Of a DNA stretch of 64,000 bases, positions 49,946 through 64,000 are shown one piece after another (positions within the stretch are counted from its first letter, which is position 1; every line of letters begins with the position of its first letter). Both the position numbers and the translations under genes were made by a program. The stretch is from Eledone cirrhosa (lineage: Eukaryota). The DNA lies in contig OZ024741.1 in NCBI GenBank assembly GCA_964016885.1, forward strand, positions 377,022,001 through 377,086,000, read 5' to 3'. The notes below the pieces were generated by a model. That model was not told the origin of the DNA, did not search any database, and worked only from the letters and a program-made list of their open reading frames with translations.

Positions 49946-52048
49946 TATAAATATATATATATAGATATTACTACAATTATTCATTATTAAAACAATATGA
50001 GAGAATTATTGATTTATAAATTGATAGCACACTTTTTCATATCTTTGAATAACGAAACCTATAAATTTTCCATATCTGAAGCATATTTTAATTCATTATA
50101 ATTTCGTGTGACTGATTTACAAATCATACACAAAATAACACAGAAATTGGGTACTTGATTTGCAGAATATTAAGTTTATTTGTCGAATGCTAAAATAAAT
50201 GGTCTACCATCTCCCGCTCACAGTACAACATGAGAGAATGATTGGGATGGAACCCACTATTAATGGCTTTTAGAGTATAAATGGTAAACTTGACTACAAC
50301 CGGATTTGATCAGGGAACAAAAATTACAAATAATTTACGGCATTTGAGAAATAGTCTCACGACTCTGTATATGAAAACGCTTTATAGTTGAAAATTTCTT
50401 TTCTATTTGCAAATATGTTACATGAAAATATAGCTAACTAAAATGTGTTTGAGATATAGAAAAATAATTTCCTTTTGTTATCCAAAAATATATTATACGT
50501 ATGTTTTAATTCATGTATCAGGAATTCAATAACATTGTTTTTAAATTAGAAATCATTTATTTTTCCTACAACTTTTTTTTCTAAGAATTGTCAGATATCA
50601 TATTTCATCTATTGAAAGACATATGGTTTTTAGCCAGTGAGGGTTAGGTATGAAGTTAACCTGGCGTGGGGTAACATGCATCATTGTCAGGAATCAGGTA
50701 TAAACTCGAAAAATGTTGCTATGTATTTCTACTAAAATTCTAATTAATGCTAAATTCAAGGAAATTAATCTTATTGCAATAATTGTTGCGATAACAACAT
50801 ATCCGTGGTGTTATTTTAGTACGATATTTATGAAGACATAATTAAACTGTTACTGCAATAATTCCAATAAATCATTCGGCCTGTACGAAATAATGTGTCC
50901 ACTTTTGTATTATTTATGTTAACAATATCTAATCATAAATAATTATGTTCATATATGAACTGTTTGTATAGTTATCTTAAATGGAAGTGAAGATACACGT
51001 AATCGTCTATTGAACAGTTTATAATGGGACTTATTTCTACTTCGCTCTGGCCATGTATCACTCAGCATGTCCATGTAACCCATTGAATTTTGTGGTGGCA
51101 ACATTTTATGAGGCCAACTTAGGTTTAAATTTATACATAGGTACATTGCGACTTAACACAGAAAGGAAAATTGGTAATGACTATGTGTTCTGCATTATTG
51201 TAGGTATCCACTACAATTGCTGTCGAGAAAATGGTGTCATATTAAACCAATAGATTATAAGCTTAATACATTGGCATCGATTGTCTAGCTGTTTTAACTT
51301 ATGTTGTATATGCTCTCAAATCATCTTTTATGTGAAAAGGTGATTTATAATGTGTAGAGAATTCAGCTAAGCTTGTGTAGTATTCGAAATATTTTTTATA
51401 ACTGATGTTGTTTATTTGAATTACGTACTCCTCAATACGGAAAGAAGACTTCCCGTAGCTCTTAAGAAAAGCTACAGAAAGCCGTTGTAAGATTTAGTAT
51501 TTGTAGACTCAATATGACCTCAAACGTGGGAAACCATTCTGAGGTCTATGACTACATGTTTCATGCACATGTAAAAAAGACAGATATCAGTAAAATACAT
51601 ATTATTTTTCGATGCAATTTTGTGAAACGTTATGTTTTAGATATTGTCTAACGTTACCTGTCTTTATAAGCAATCTTACTAAAATTATACTACTATTTTT
51701 TAGCTTCATATATTCAATGACACATATCTAAATATGTAGGGTCACAATTTAATTATACCCAATTTTTGAACAATTTTTCTCAAGATGTATGTGAACTGAT
51801 ATAATCTATCTAATTTATTGCAAAACATCTTGTGCGCTTAATTGTGAGTTCAATTATCGCATGAAATGTATTAGCGATTCTTAGTTTATTGACATTCTGA
51901 TGCAAAAGTTGTTGCTACGTTTTGTGTAAGAATATACACACATTCTGTATATCTTGCTGATTTGATTTAGAAATAATACAAAACTGTCTGTCTGTCTGTC
52001 TGTATGTCTCTCTCTTTCTCTCTTTATATATATGAATTCATGTGAATT

Positions 52049-52180
<132 letters not shown>

Positions 52181-52329
52181 CAGATTCTGTGATGACAACA
52201 GCTGAGGTCCGACAAGCTTTTGATTCCAGAGGGAGGCCAGATTGATACAGACCGAACCTTGAGTTGATCAATAGTGAAACACGCGTCAACAATCAATAAA
52301 AGTAATGAAAGCTTAACAAATGGCCCTTG

Positions 52330-52360
<31 letters not shown>

Positions 52361-52879
52361 CATATATATTATGTATAACTATAAAGTGTCATGAGGGGTA
52401 GAATCTTCAGATACGCTTTCTAGAGAATCTTTTTAGAAGCAACCATTTCCAAATGATTCGGCTAGAACCACTTGAGAGTCTACTGATCATATGGACACTA
52501 TCGCAACAGATCACCCGTATTCTGCTCCAAGGTTACCTGCCAGCTGGTTTTGGTTGTAAAATCGGTCTTGTGATTATTTCCTTAGACATTTAAACCACAC
52601 GTTTTATCTCCGAGCTTCGTACCCAATGGAGTAATGTTACTCCCAAATCTATTAGAAAGAATACCATTTCCGTCGCTTTTATTCCTAATCGTACAATTTC
52701 ATGAATAATTGTAGGCGAGTTCACCATTTACACCTACCTAATTCTGATGACCGGATACCGAGGCCGACGTACTATTGAATTATCTCTAAAGATTCTGTCG
52801 TTTAATTTATTTTCATGTATTACATCACACGTTTATCAGTTTAATTGATTTTATTTCAAATCTGTCCGCATCAGTCTAA

Positions 52880-53620
52880 TTAAGCTCACATACTGAAAGA
52901 ACTGCACAGGATTTCTCGACAGGACAAATGTCTGTCTTCAAAGCACTCGTTTTAATTCCTGACCAGCAGCAAAACTAACCATTGCATGTTTGAGCTCAAC
53001 TTCAGACAAGTTACTTATCCACATGTCATCTGCAAGTATCAGCCGACTAACCCTGCAGCCGCCTGTGCTGATAGCAAGCAGGAAAGAAGACATTTTATTA
53101 CGACAACGCTCTATTTTCTGCCACAATACTCCATTTATCTAGATAAATTTGGATTCCAGCCTAACGTCATATCCTCCTCTGTCTTAATCTTGAAAGCCTG
53201 TACTGTCTCCGCTGCGATTTTCCGCGCATGCTTGTTTCACGATTGCAAAAAGTAAGACTTATTTCCAAACCAATATTCATATACACCCTTCCTTACTGAG
53301 GTGGTATATTTAACCTCCAAATTCAGCCAGGGCGTTTTCCTGTCTCCCGGCGTCACACCGAGCTACTTTCGCCACTCCATTTTAAAGGCTGACATGGAAT
53401 CTGCTGGGCTGAACAGTCCCCAGTCCGTTTACGCATCTTCAGTTTGTTCAGCGAGTTTACTGAATGTGCATGCAATAGTTTCAGCATACTGTGTCCTGAT
53501 ATTATCTTCAGCCAGTGTTTTCCTATTTTCTAGACATTTGCTTGCCGAAGAATTCTGAAACCTCGATGGTGATCAATTGAAACTTAACACCCCTCTTAAC
53601 AAGAACATCCAGTACAGCAT
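52880..53620 (-). mobile_element. Decayed LINE ORF2 fragment (endonuclease-RT linker, RTE-like)
   Basis: Minus-strand remnants such as LGVTPGDRKTPWLNLEVK and VRLESKFI. Many stops. Confidence 0.4.
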
Positions 53621-53789
53621 CGAAGATATCAGATACATTATAGATACAATAATAATTTCTTCCCGAATTCCTTTATACCATGTGTATTTATAGATATCTT
53701 TGTACTGGAAAGTTGTATTTATAATAGGGAGCCCATTACTAGAAGGGAGTATTAATAATATGGAGCCTTTACATTTAGATCGGATTCAC

Positions 53790-54305
53790 GGTTCTGTTCA
53801 ATCACTCCTTTCCATGTGAGGAGATCCGTGCCACTAGATACACACTTTATACCCATCACTGCAATGACTTCATCAAGGACTGAATCCTCACTCGAAGGTG
53901 GTCAGCCAACCTGACAACAACTGGCCCTGACCCCCTTTGAGTCAAACACATTCATTTTTCTTTGTCTTTTTTCTCTGTTTTTAGCCTCTTGGATTGTGTT
54001 TACCATTATTTTGCTATTATATAACTATTATGCAATAAACACCTGATGATATCACCACGATCTTACGAAACTTGGCCACTAAAATGTACATAGTGTTTGC
54101 TATAATAAATCTTTCAAGTAATTTCACCAGTCCGGCCTCCTGTCATTTTACTCAATAATAATTAATTCCGTTCTCGTACGACCAACTAGGTTTAACATCG
54201 AAGATGGATGAGTTGCACCATTTCGAGTGTTTTTCCTAATATTACATAATGGATGATTATGCAGAATGACCAGTTCTATCCAGTGGTGAACTACCAAACT
54301 TAAAT
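53790..54305 (+). mobile_element. PLE 3' end/pLTR related to the 724-5048 element
   Basis: acCTGATGAtatcacc...tacGAAActtgg...tataataaa...cctcctgtcattt...ctatccagtggtgaac matches 4943-5045 and the reverse complement of 725-740. Confidence 0.7.
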
Positions 54306-54728
54306 TAATATATATATATGTATATATACACTTTTACACTCCCTCACTCTACTACCTACTCCGGTATTTCTCTCGCCTTTGCCTCTTGTTCACCTACACT
54401 TGCCGAGGCCAGACCTGCTATTTTCTTTGCTCCCTGCTTCCCCGTGTACACAGCCTCGTTCAGTAGCTGATGTTGCATGGACCTTTCTTTCTCTTCGGTT
54501 GGCATACACATATGCTTTCGTTGTTACCCTCTTCGGTATGTTTTCTTCCGTTTTTTCCTCTTTTTCCCCCATATGTTATGTTGTTTTCTCTCTCTCCCAT
54601 TTTCCATTAATTTCCTTCAGTTATTGACGAACTGGAGCTAGAAAAATTGCCTTTAATGCGTAGAAATGTCCGTGATTTTACAGCAGGCAACTGATGAAGG
54701 GAAATATCCCCCGCGCATACCTTCCTCT

Positions 54729-54801
<73 letters not shown>

Positions 54802-54810
<9 letters not shown>

Positions 54811-54988
54811 TAAACGGAATAGAAAATGCTGACAAACTGTTCACAGTTGAAAAATGGTTTAATTAGGAATAAAAGAGTATTAGTGATTGTATGGGTTAGT
54901 ATTCAGTTGTGGTTTAAAGTTCCTAATTAAACCATTTTTCAACTGTGAACAATTTGTCAGCATTTTCTATTCCGTTTACCAATATATA
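54802..54988. repeat. ~68-bp inverted repeat with ~50-bp spacer between (TA)n tracts
   Basis: tatattggtaaacggaatagaaaatgctgacaaactgttcacagttgaaaaatggtttaattaggaa and its reverse complement at ~54920-54988. Confidence 0.9.
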
Positions 54989-55017
54989 ATAACTTGTGTG
55001 TTACACCTCTATTCTTT

Positions 55018-55061
<44 letters not shown>

Positions 55062-55089
55062 CATAGGAAAATCTGCTTCGTAGAATCGA

Positions 55090-55185
55090 GACGTATCTGA
55101 CGACCGTGTTGATTTCAGAGTCAGGTATGATCACCATATCGATCGTGCCTCGAGCTGATCGCTCGAGAAATATTTGTAATATGTC
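55090..55185 (+). ncRNA. Hammerhead candidate with branched domain II
   Basis: gacgtat-CTGACGA-[63 nt ending in hairpin tcgagc/gctcga]-GAAA-tatttg-TA-atatgtc. 7-bp stem I. Confidence 0.6.
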
Positions 55186-55226
55186 CAGTAAATTCCTTTC
55201 GTCGCAACACTGATTCTCTTTTTTCT

Positions 55227-55280
<54 letters not shown>

Positions 55281-55287
55281 GAAGAGG

Positions 55288-55318
<31 letters not shown>

Positions 55319-58300
55319 TGCATATCCCTTATTTGGCCGAAATGAAGTAAGTGTCATAGTCACTACTTTACAATTGATAGCGTATGGTCTTTTAAATGTT
55401 TTTAATTAACATACCGTATATTGCCAAATATACTGTATATACATTCATGTATACATCGCTATTTAAGAGCACCTATCCTAATATTATATATATATATTCA
55501 CAGATCATCGGAAAAATGGGGAATTTGAAATGTAGGCGCCTTCGTCAACATTTTCCCGTCCCCTGCGGTGACTTTAGCCGAACTCTTTAAACGATTATTC
55601 ATAAGGATCAGGTTATTGTTATAACCATATATATTTTGGATGACTACATTTGAAATATATGTGAGTACGTGTGTATATTTTGAAAATAAACATCATGATT
55701 TATTTATCCATATAATATTTTAGCAATTGTTTTGATTTTTTTATATCCATCGAAAAACATATTCATTATATTTACGCATTTATATCGATTAGTTTCAATT
55801 CCAAGAAAATATTTAGAAGTTTATTTTTATTAATTTTATATTATTAGACTGTTTTCGTATTGGCCATATTCCATTACATTTCACAATTTTGTAAGAAATC
55901 ATTTCAAGTAATGTATATATTAAGTTAATAAATATAACGTCATGCTCAAAGTGTGTGAATTTGCCCATGATTGACTTTCAATTGCAAGATAAAATGAATT
56001 TTATCGATTTAAATCCAGTTTACATTGGATACAATAGAATTCACCCTTGCATAACATAAACATTCCGAAAATATTTTCTTATATGCCAGGAAACAATCAT
56101 GAACGATTATTTAAAAACAGCAAAGGAGCAAATATCCCGATTGTTTTAATATTGTATTTGTGCACTTGAAATTTCTTTAACAACGTAGTAGAAATTTTCA
56201 ATAGCTGCGCTGAATATTTAATTCCATTTGGTTTATATATATATATCAGAATAATATTAATATCTAGATTTTGTATCTTTTCTTTTGTAAAAGAATCCGT
56301 TATCAATATTCCCAGACATTAAACTCAGATTTTAAAAAAATACTTTACGCATTGATTATGAAGTTTAAAGATATACAAATCTTTAATAACATGGAAACGA
56401 TCGATAATATTTTTTTTTATTTTTCACATATGTCGATCTAAATAAGTATAACACGTAAGACACCGTTTATGATAAACAATTACTCTGTTACGTCGGTGTT
56501 GATTTGTTGCACCGGTAAAGATACATTCACAATAAACTCAGGCCTTCATCATTTCCTCTGAATTCTGTGTCTTGTGCAATCTGAGAGAAACTATCTGGCA
56601 ACAGGGGCGTTACCAGTTACTCACTGAACACTAGTAGATCAGACATGTATATATTTGTTAAAGAACGAGGCGTGTAATTATCCGCTAAATTCTTATAAAA
56701 GTGAACTGCGCGATGTAAATCTGTGTATATAAATAGCTTAATTATTAAGAACCTTAAAACGTCGAGAGAAGAACGGGAATGTGGAAGACATAATAACAAT
56801 TCAATAAATACCAAACTGAAAATAAATGCATATAGAATTCTGCTAGTATTTATATTATTGCTACTTGTATTCAAATCGCAATAACTTAACTGTGCCTGTC
56901 ATATTTCTGAGGTTGATGAAAGAAATACCATTCAAATACTGCGGTCGATATAATCGGGCCTTTTCTCTTCACAATGTTCAGGCTTTGAACCTTTATTAGA
57001 AATCATTATAACTACAATATAAGGCGTTGGATTGGTTATATTGGTTATATTAACGACATAGAGTTGCATCCCTTTATGTTCTGTTTCCAAATCGCATCAA
57101 AGTTTTTTTCATTTTTACGGGGTCCAAGAAATCAAGTACCAATAACGCACTAGAGTCAGTTTAATCGACATTCACCTTCCCCAAATTGTTAGCCTTCTGC
57201 TAAAATCTGAACCCATTATTACTACAACATAGGGTACAATGCTTCAGAACCAAATCATGATATCCCCAACTACATTCTGATATACCATAAGTATTCGTGA
57301 CTTCGTTGAAATCTGAATATTTTTGTTGTTTATAAATATTCCACCACTTACCTATTACAAATATCTCTCGAATCATATCGTAGAAATACAAATATTGAAT
57401 TAAATTCTAACACATTGAGCATTAAGAAATAGTCATATCTTAACAAACGTTATTATACATGACAACCACTAACAATCATTACCAAAAACATATTAGTACG
57501 TTATGCAGCCAAGACCATCTACATGCGAAATGGTGTATACAATGTTTTAATACGAAAATATGACAAGGGAAAGCGGTGAAATATAATTTATTTAAATTTC
57601 TTTGGCATTGCAAATGAGTCATGCTAATACAATTGCAAGCCTATTCCAGAAACGTACAGAAATCTTCCAGAAATATATTTATATTTTAACGCAACTATAT
57701 CAAACAGCTGATCACACTCACATATCAATTACTAGTATAAAAAACATTTTTACCACCTCAAGAGAATGCAAGTATAACAAGTCTTTCAAGACACAGAATT
57801 ATAGTTCTTAGAATTTAAGGAGGCCACATTCACAAACGCTGATTCTGTGGTTCACTAACCATAGTAGCACGATAATTTATAGTATCTTGCGGTAACATGT
57901 ACCCTAACACAACTTAAAACATATAAATCAACTTACTCAACGGAAATCAATGAAAGAATTATGCATAGAGAATACATAAATACAAACTAAAAATATACAC
58001 TCTTAGACCTATTCCTTACATCACCTACGAAGATAAGAAGAGCGGATAAGATGACTTCAAATATAAGTTACGTATATGCGCGATTTCCTATCCAAATCAC
58101 GTAATCGATTCGGACAACAACTTGCAGCCGAAGCAATATTCAGAATATGTACACAACGAATATATCAACATTAGCCTATCCTTTCAACCCTTTTCTTGGA
58201 ATGCAATATAATCAAAATACGCAATACACTTTTTGAAAACATCCCAAATACTTGCTTGTGAAATAAAGTATTCTATATCCTTAACCTAACTGTAAAATAA

Positions 58301-58850
58301 TAACACATCTAAAGTTCCTCAAACTGATTACCACCAGCATTACATTTCTCACCTACACATTGATATTCATATGTACACTACTTGCTCATAATTCAGAAAT
58401 CCAATGCCTACACATGATATCACAGAGTTTCTACGAGATACCATTTCTGTGAGAATTTTCACCACTAAAGCAGTACTATATGTTTTGTATTTCGACAGAA
58501 CATCTATTTAAATTAAATTATACTTGTTGGGATTTCCCCTGATAACCTACAACATTAACAGAAATAACAGAAAAAAACACCAACGTAAATTAAATCAATG
58601 ACAATAGTTATGAAGGTACTTCTTTGTAGACGTATTATTGTTAAGAGAATGATGTGCATATGACTTACATTCTAAACTATAGGAGAGTATGTCTCGCAAT
58701 ACGGCTGCAATGAGTACTGGATACAATACATTCATATAATCATATGCATAATTAATTTCGCGTCATATTTCTTCGAAATATAGTTGTTAATACCATCAAC
58801 ATAGTATTAGAAATAATCTGCAATATGAAAAATAGAAAGCATTATTACAC

Positions 58851-59039
58851 TTGGCAGTATCGGTAGAGGGTCGCTCGGGCACCATGCTTTGACGCATAGA
58901 GTTACGGCCCTTTCCATTCTGAGTTCAAATCCCGCCGAGGTCAACTTTGCCTTTCATCCTTACGGGGTCGATAAAATAAAGTACCAGTAATACACTGGAA
59001 TAATTGCTGGCCTTGTGCCAAAAGTAGAAACAATTATTA
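58851..59039 (+). mobile_element. tRNA-derived SINE family A
   Basis: Near-identical to 14153-14325. Confidence 0.88.
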
Positions 59040-61769
59040 CACTTAAGTTCTACTAAACAGGAGGATCATCACAAATGGAATCTCAATGTACTATTAACCC
59101 CCAATAAAACGGTGCAAATTACTACATAGCGAATTCAGGCTTTAAATCTTCTACAGTTGAAACCAATTAAACACGTCAACTACTATACTCTATATATCTC
59201 CACTGTGACCTTTTATTGGTATTGATATCAACAAAACGTTGACGCTGGGGTGCAGTACACACATGCCTCCTAAGGCCGAATCCCATGACAGATCACTTGA
59301 GTAATTATATCATTCCCCATTCAGTGCAACCTCTCACTCATACGTCATGCAGCCAACGAGCAACTGCACAAGTTATTGCTCTTGACAACGTTTACCGTTT
59401 AAATAACTCACTACCTATTTCTTTCTTTGCGATAGTTGATTTACAATCGTTTACAGAAAAGTGAGAAACACATTGAATTCTCCGATACTAGAGAGTGTAC
59501 TCATGTTTCGGTTCAAGGCCAACCCAAATAAACCAAAATAAGTAATATCAAGTAAATTATTTAAAATATTTTGTAAAGTACATTGAAGCTTACAAAAAGA
59601 TAGGTTGCTTGACTTTTAAGGGAATACAATATGACCTTGATGCATAGAAAGCAAGCGTAAAACATAAAGAGCGGAGTATATCATGAGTATTCCCGTAAAT
59701 ATGAAATGTAAAGGTAAACTCGCTCAGATTTGAACTCAGAATGTAAAAAGTAAGAATTAATGCCACAAAGCATTATATCTGTCGCTCTAAATAATTATTC
59801 TTTGGATACATCTTCCTCTGAGATGTAGTTGCATCACTTATATTCTGCTGGGCCCGTAATAACGCACTTGATTATGTGTCTGTGTATATAGAAATTATAT
59901 CACGTGATAGCCCTTTCATCATTCAGTTTTTATCAGTAATCTTTAATCAATTCATTTTCACACCGATGGTACTTCTACATCTAAATCGGCTCTAGCAATT
60001 ATATTTTGCCTGAAATTAAAAGATGCGCCAGATTTCTGTTTAAATTATTCGGGATACTCTGAGCGTAATATATTCACTTGAGTGACATTCAAAAGTGAAT
60101 AATATTCCCTTTCATCTACTTCAAAGAATTACAATTCAGTTAAGCACCGACACTCATAGAATCTCGCCCACGGCTCGGTTTTGACATATGTTGATGTTTA
60201 TATTCTGACATATACATCATCATGTAATACGTGACAACATCTAACACCAAAATCGTAGCTTGCAGTTTAAAACTTTCATCAACTTGAGTTGAAATCAACA
60301 TCCTACTAGTTATTCATATTCTATGCATAATATAAGAACAATTCCATTGTGCATTTTAATTTGAAAACTAGATGTCATAGAAATATTTCCATTCTCTCAA
60401 AGAGAATATATAATATACGCAGAGAAAATATTCTTAGCTGAATGGATTTACATACATTTATACTGACCATACATCATATAACTGCATCATATATGTATAA
60501 ATTACACATACACGCACTTACACACATATACATATGTGTCTCTGTATAAAAATAACCGTTCCACCTCACGGAGCTCACGTGTCTGTGTGGTCAACACCTC
60601 CACAACAGCAGTGTGTAGAGGGGGAGAGCGATACGGAAAGAACAATACCAGAAGTCCCTATTTCGAAGAATGGCAGATATTTCAAAACCCTGCGATATTT
60701 AGCTTGTCGAACATTGATAGCTGGGCCGGTCTTTGCCACTGGAAAACGTGTCACTAGAAGTTGTGTAATCCCGGACCAACGCATTGGACGTCAACCAATG
60801 TCATGACAGTGGGTGAAGGCCGAAAGCGCCCCAGATGGATATACAGCGGCACTTATCTTCCTCGCAGATCCAGATGCCGTGATTCGGGGAAACGGCAATG
60901 ATCAGACTTTCACTGTATATCTAATTACCGGTTGATAACTGTGGTTTGCTCTTTAGCCAGATGTCGGGAGACACAGCATAATCATGTTATTATTAGTAGT
61001 GATACTGTAGTATTAAAATTGGTAGTGGACGTTCAAAGTTTGGGAGGTGATGCGTAGTGACAGAGATAGAGGTGTATAGAGAAAGAGGTGTATAGAGAAA
61101 GAGGGGAAGATAGAGCGATACACACACATATAAATAGATCTAGATAGAAATAGAGAGAGAACAAATAAGTGCGAGAAAGGATGAGAAGATAGATGGATAT
61201 AAAGAGAGAGACAGAGAATGAGGGAGAGGCAGAGAGTTAGATAGAATTAGAGAGCTAAAGCTATTCGAAGATTACTGATATTCCGGTCCAAGGTTTGGAT
61301 GGTAACTATAATGCCTTTACTTGTTTTATCGCAGTTTCTGACAAGATACATTGAAGGGAATGCGCGTAAGTTAACGCTTTCAGGAACACAACAGATAAAC
61401 GGATCCAATCGACACAAGACGGAATTTGTATTAAATTAGTTCGCATGTCACTGATACTTGTGCTCTGGTCCAACAGGTGTAGGACTGTTTCATTGATCCT
61501 TGAGCGTCTTGGACATAGAGCTTACGGTAGTTTATACCGTGTTTGTCTCAACGAGGCTTTATTTATTCTTAAAACAGCGGTGCTAGATATTTGTGAAAAA
61601 CATCCTTAGACACCTGTCTAAAATACTGCTATAACAATCTACATAAGTGCATATATTTTGTGATTGTCAGAAATGTTATATTCAAATTTGGGGTTCTTCT
61701 CCTTATTGTCAAGTTTCTCTTAAACTATATTTCAGGTATCTACAAACACATTCACACGCCCACGGATAA

Positions 61770-62282
<513 letters not shown>

Positions 62283-62289
62283 AGTATTG

Positions 62290-63170
62290 AAGTTTCCGTT
62301 GAAAATTGAAAAAGTCATAGGAGTGAAGAGTGCTCTATGTAAGTACCAGAGCTAAATTTAATGTATAATAAACAATACAATATAATTACCTCATTACCAG
62401 AGGTTTCCCGAATGAGACGAATACAAAAAAAATCCTCATTCGTTCATCGGACAAGGCAATTTAAAACATAGTGAAATATTTGAAAAATCTCCCCAAGAAA
62501 GGCAAAGGTTGAACGGGCAAAAAATATATATAAATAAAAGTAATTCAAGAGATATATAAAACATTAAGGACATATAGTTAAAGTATGTGCATAAATGTGT
62601 ATATATTCACTCACAAATGTACATATGTGTGTATGTACAAATGCATGTGTATAGTGAAAATGTGTGCGTAAGTACATATATGAGGGCAAGCATATCAATG
62701 TATGTGTGACCACAAATACGTATATAATATAAGTTGAAAAGGAAATTGTAAGATAATATAGTTAACATACATCCAGATTCAGGTATTAAGGAATGAAATA
62801 TATACACATACAAGTATGAAAGCACGCGTATAAAAACACACACGCGCGCGATCCAATATATGCGAATGATATACAGGGAAGGGAGTGTATCAGTCAAAGG
62901 AGTGTCAGTCTGAGGCTCGATACATGTCTAAAAATGAAACAATATATGAGAATGAAAAAAATGTTTAAATCAAAGAGAAAGTAAGAGGGAGGGGTTATCA
63001 ATTATGAATTAACACTAGAAAAAATACCTACAGACAAAAGCCCATACATGCGTACATACATACAGCGGCGCGCATACATACACACGAAGCACATGTATAT
63101 ATATCGGCACATGTATATCTAATCACACGTACGTACGCGACTATATGTATATACATACATATACACACGT

Positions 63171-63259
<89 letters not shown>

Positions 63260-64000
63260 CATACATATACACATACATTCACCTATACACACACACACGT
63301 ATATATAAGTATGTAAAAACATAGATATTAAACCACACATACACACACATATATACACACACACGCTCACATACGGAGGCGTTCGTATAAATATACAGAA
63401 CGCATACACACACATGCACACTCACACGCATAGATACAAATTATAAACCAGCCGTATGAATAAATGAGTACAAATATAAAAGCGGCTGCGAAACAACAGA
63501 ATATATCTGGAGTTGAAAACGCAAGTGACAGTTAATATCAGGTAGTGAAAGAAAATAGAGAAGTAAAATGTGGAATTGTGAAGATATTAGGTAAGTGAAT
63601 CAAAAAGTAGGGCGAGGGTGTCTCTGGTGGATGTGAAGTAAAAATAAAAGTAAAAATAAAGTTAAAAACAAAAGTAAATCAGAAAGAGAAGTCTGTAAAT
63701 ATGATAATTTAAGGAAAGTGAAGAACAAGAGTTTATAGAGGATAAGTATCTGAAAGTTAGTTAAGTTTATATGAGCTGGAAAGCAAATGTGATGTCATGT
63801 GTGGGCAACTGGTCAAAATTTCTGTTTTTGCATTTAGGCAGGTTTTTGGTGATTTAAGGTTCTGTAAAATCCAATATTTTTCTCTTATGCAGAGTGTGTA
63901 TCTTCTCGTTCTTCTTGCATATTCTTTAGATTGGTTCAAAATTGACCAATCCAATTGGATACCTTGGTCTTTCAAATCCCATATTCTGCTAGCCAGAGCT
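62290..64000 (-). mobile_element. Naiad-type PLE 3' end (GIY-YIG C-terminus + long 3' UTR with HHR), runs off the window
   Basis: ORF 63757-63975: LKDQGIQLDWSIL..YTLCIREKYWIL..LNAKTEILTSCPH. HHR-like motif at 62383-62454. Confidence 0.75.
62383..62454 (-). ncRNA. Hammerhead-like motif with CCGATGA core
   Basis: CCGATGA-a-cgaatgag...ctcattcg-g-GAAA-cctc-tggtaat-gagg-TA. Strong stems II and III, weak stem I. Confidence 0.5.

Noticed and set aside
54685-54715. CTGATGA-aggg..ccc half-motif (also CTGATGA at ~39520, ~52744, ~34119)
   Set aside because: No properly placed GAAA, stem III or stem I. These are truncated remnants or chance matches.
57200-57391. Short minus-strand ORF with an AG/GTAAGT donor-like site near 57350
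   Set aside because: No recognisable protein similarity or partner exons. Such sites are expected by chance in 64 kb.
60530-60980. Moderately GC-rich segment with short overlapping ORFs
   Set aside because: No identifiable motif. It is probably an unclassified repeat fragment and cannot be supported as a feature.

Overview
AT-rich, gene-poor animal genomic DNA made almost entirely of transposable-element debris and microsatellites. The mix of (TA)n/(CA)n tracts, tRNA-derived SINEs and Penelope-like elements (PLEs) suggests a cephalopod (Octopus-like) genome, which is an inference. No host protein-coding exon can be supported. Recognisable content: (1) a near full-length but decayed Naiad-type PLE (RT + GIY-YIG) with direct and inverted pseudo-LTRs, several other PLE fragments, and a non-coding 4.3-kb PLE derivative with ~1.7-kb inverted arms; (2) a full-length R4/Dong-clade retrotransposon (restriction-like endonuclease, RLE) and a full-length Tx1/L1-clade retrotransposon (APE endonuclease) arranged head-to-head and sharing one (TTA)n tract; (3) RTE, CRE-like, Helitron and SINE fragments. 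The most notable signal is a dense set of hand-folded type I hammerhead ribozyme (HHR) motifs sitting in short modules inside (TA)n tracts. These include non-canonical cores (compensatory U3-A8, U4A, U4C), long stem-II inserts, a 640-bp non-coding tandem unit with one HHR per unit (retrozyme-like), and two fold-back palindromes whose axis lies at the CUGANGA box. All folds were done by eye and coordinates are approximate to a few bases.
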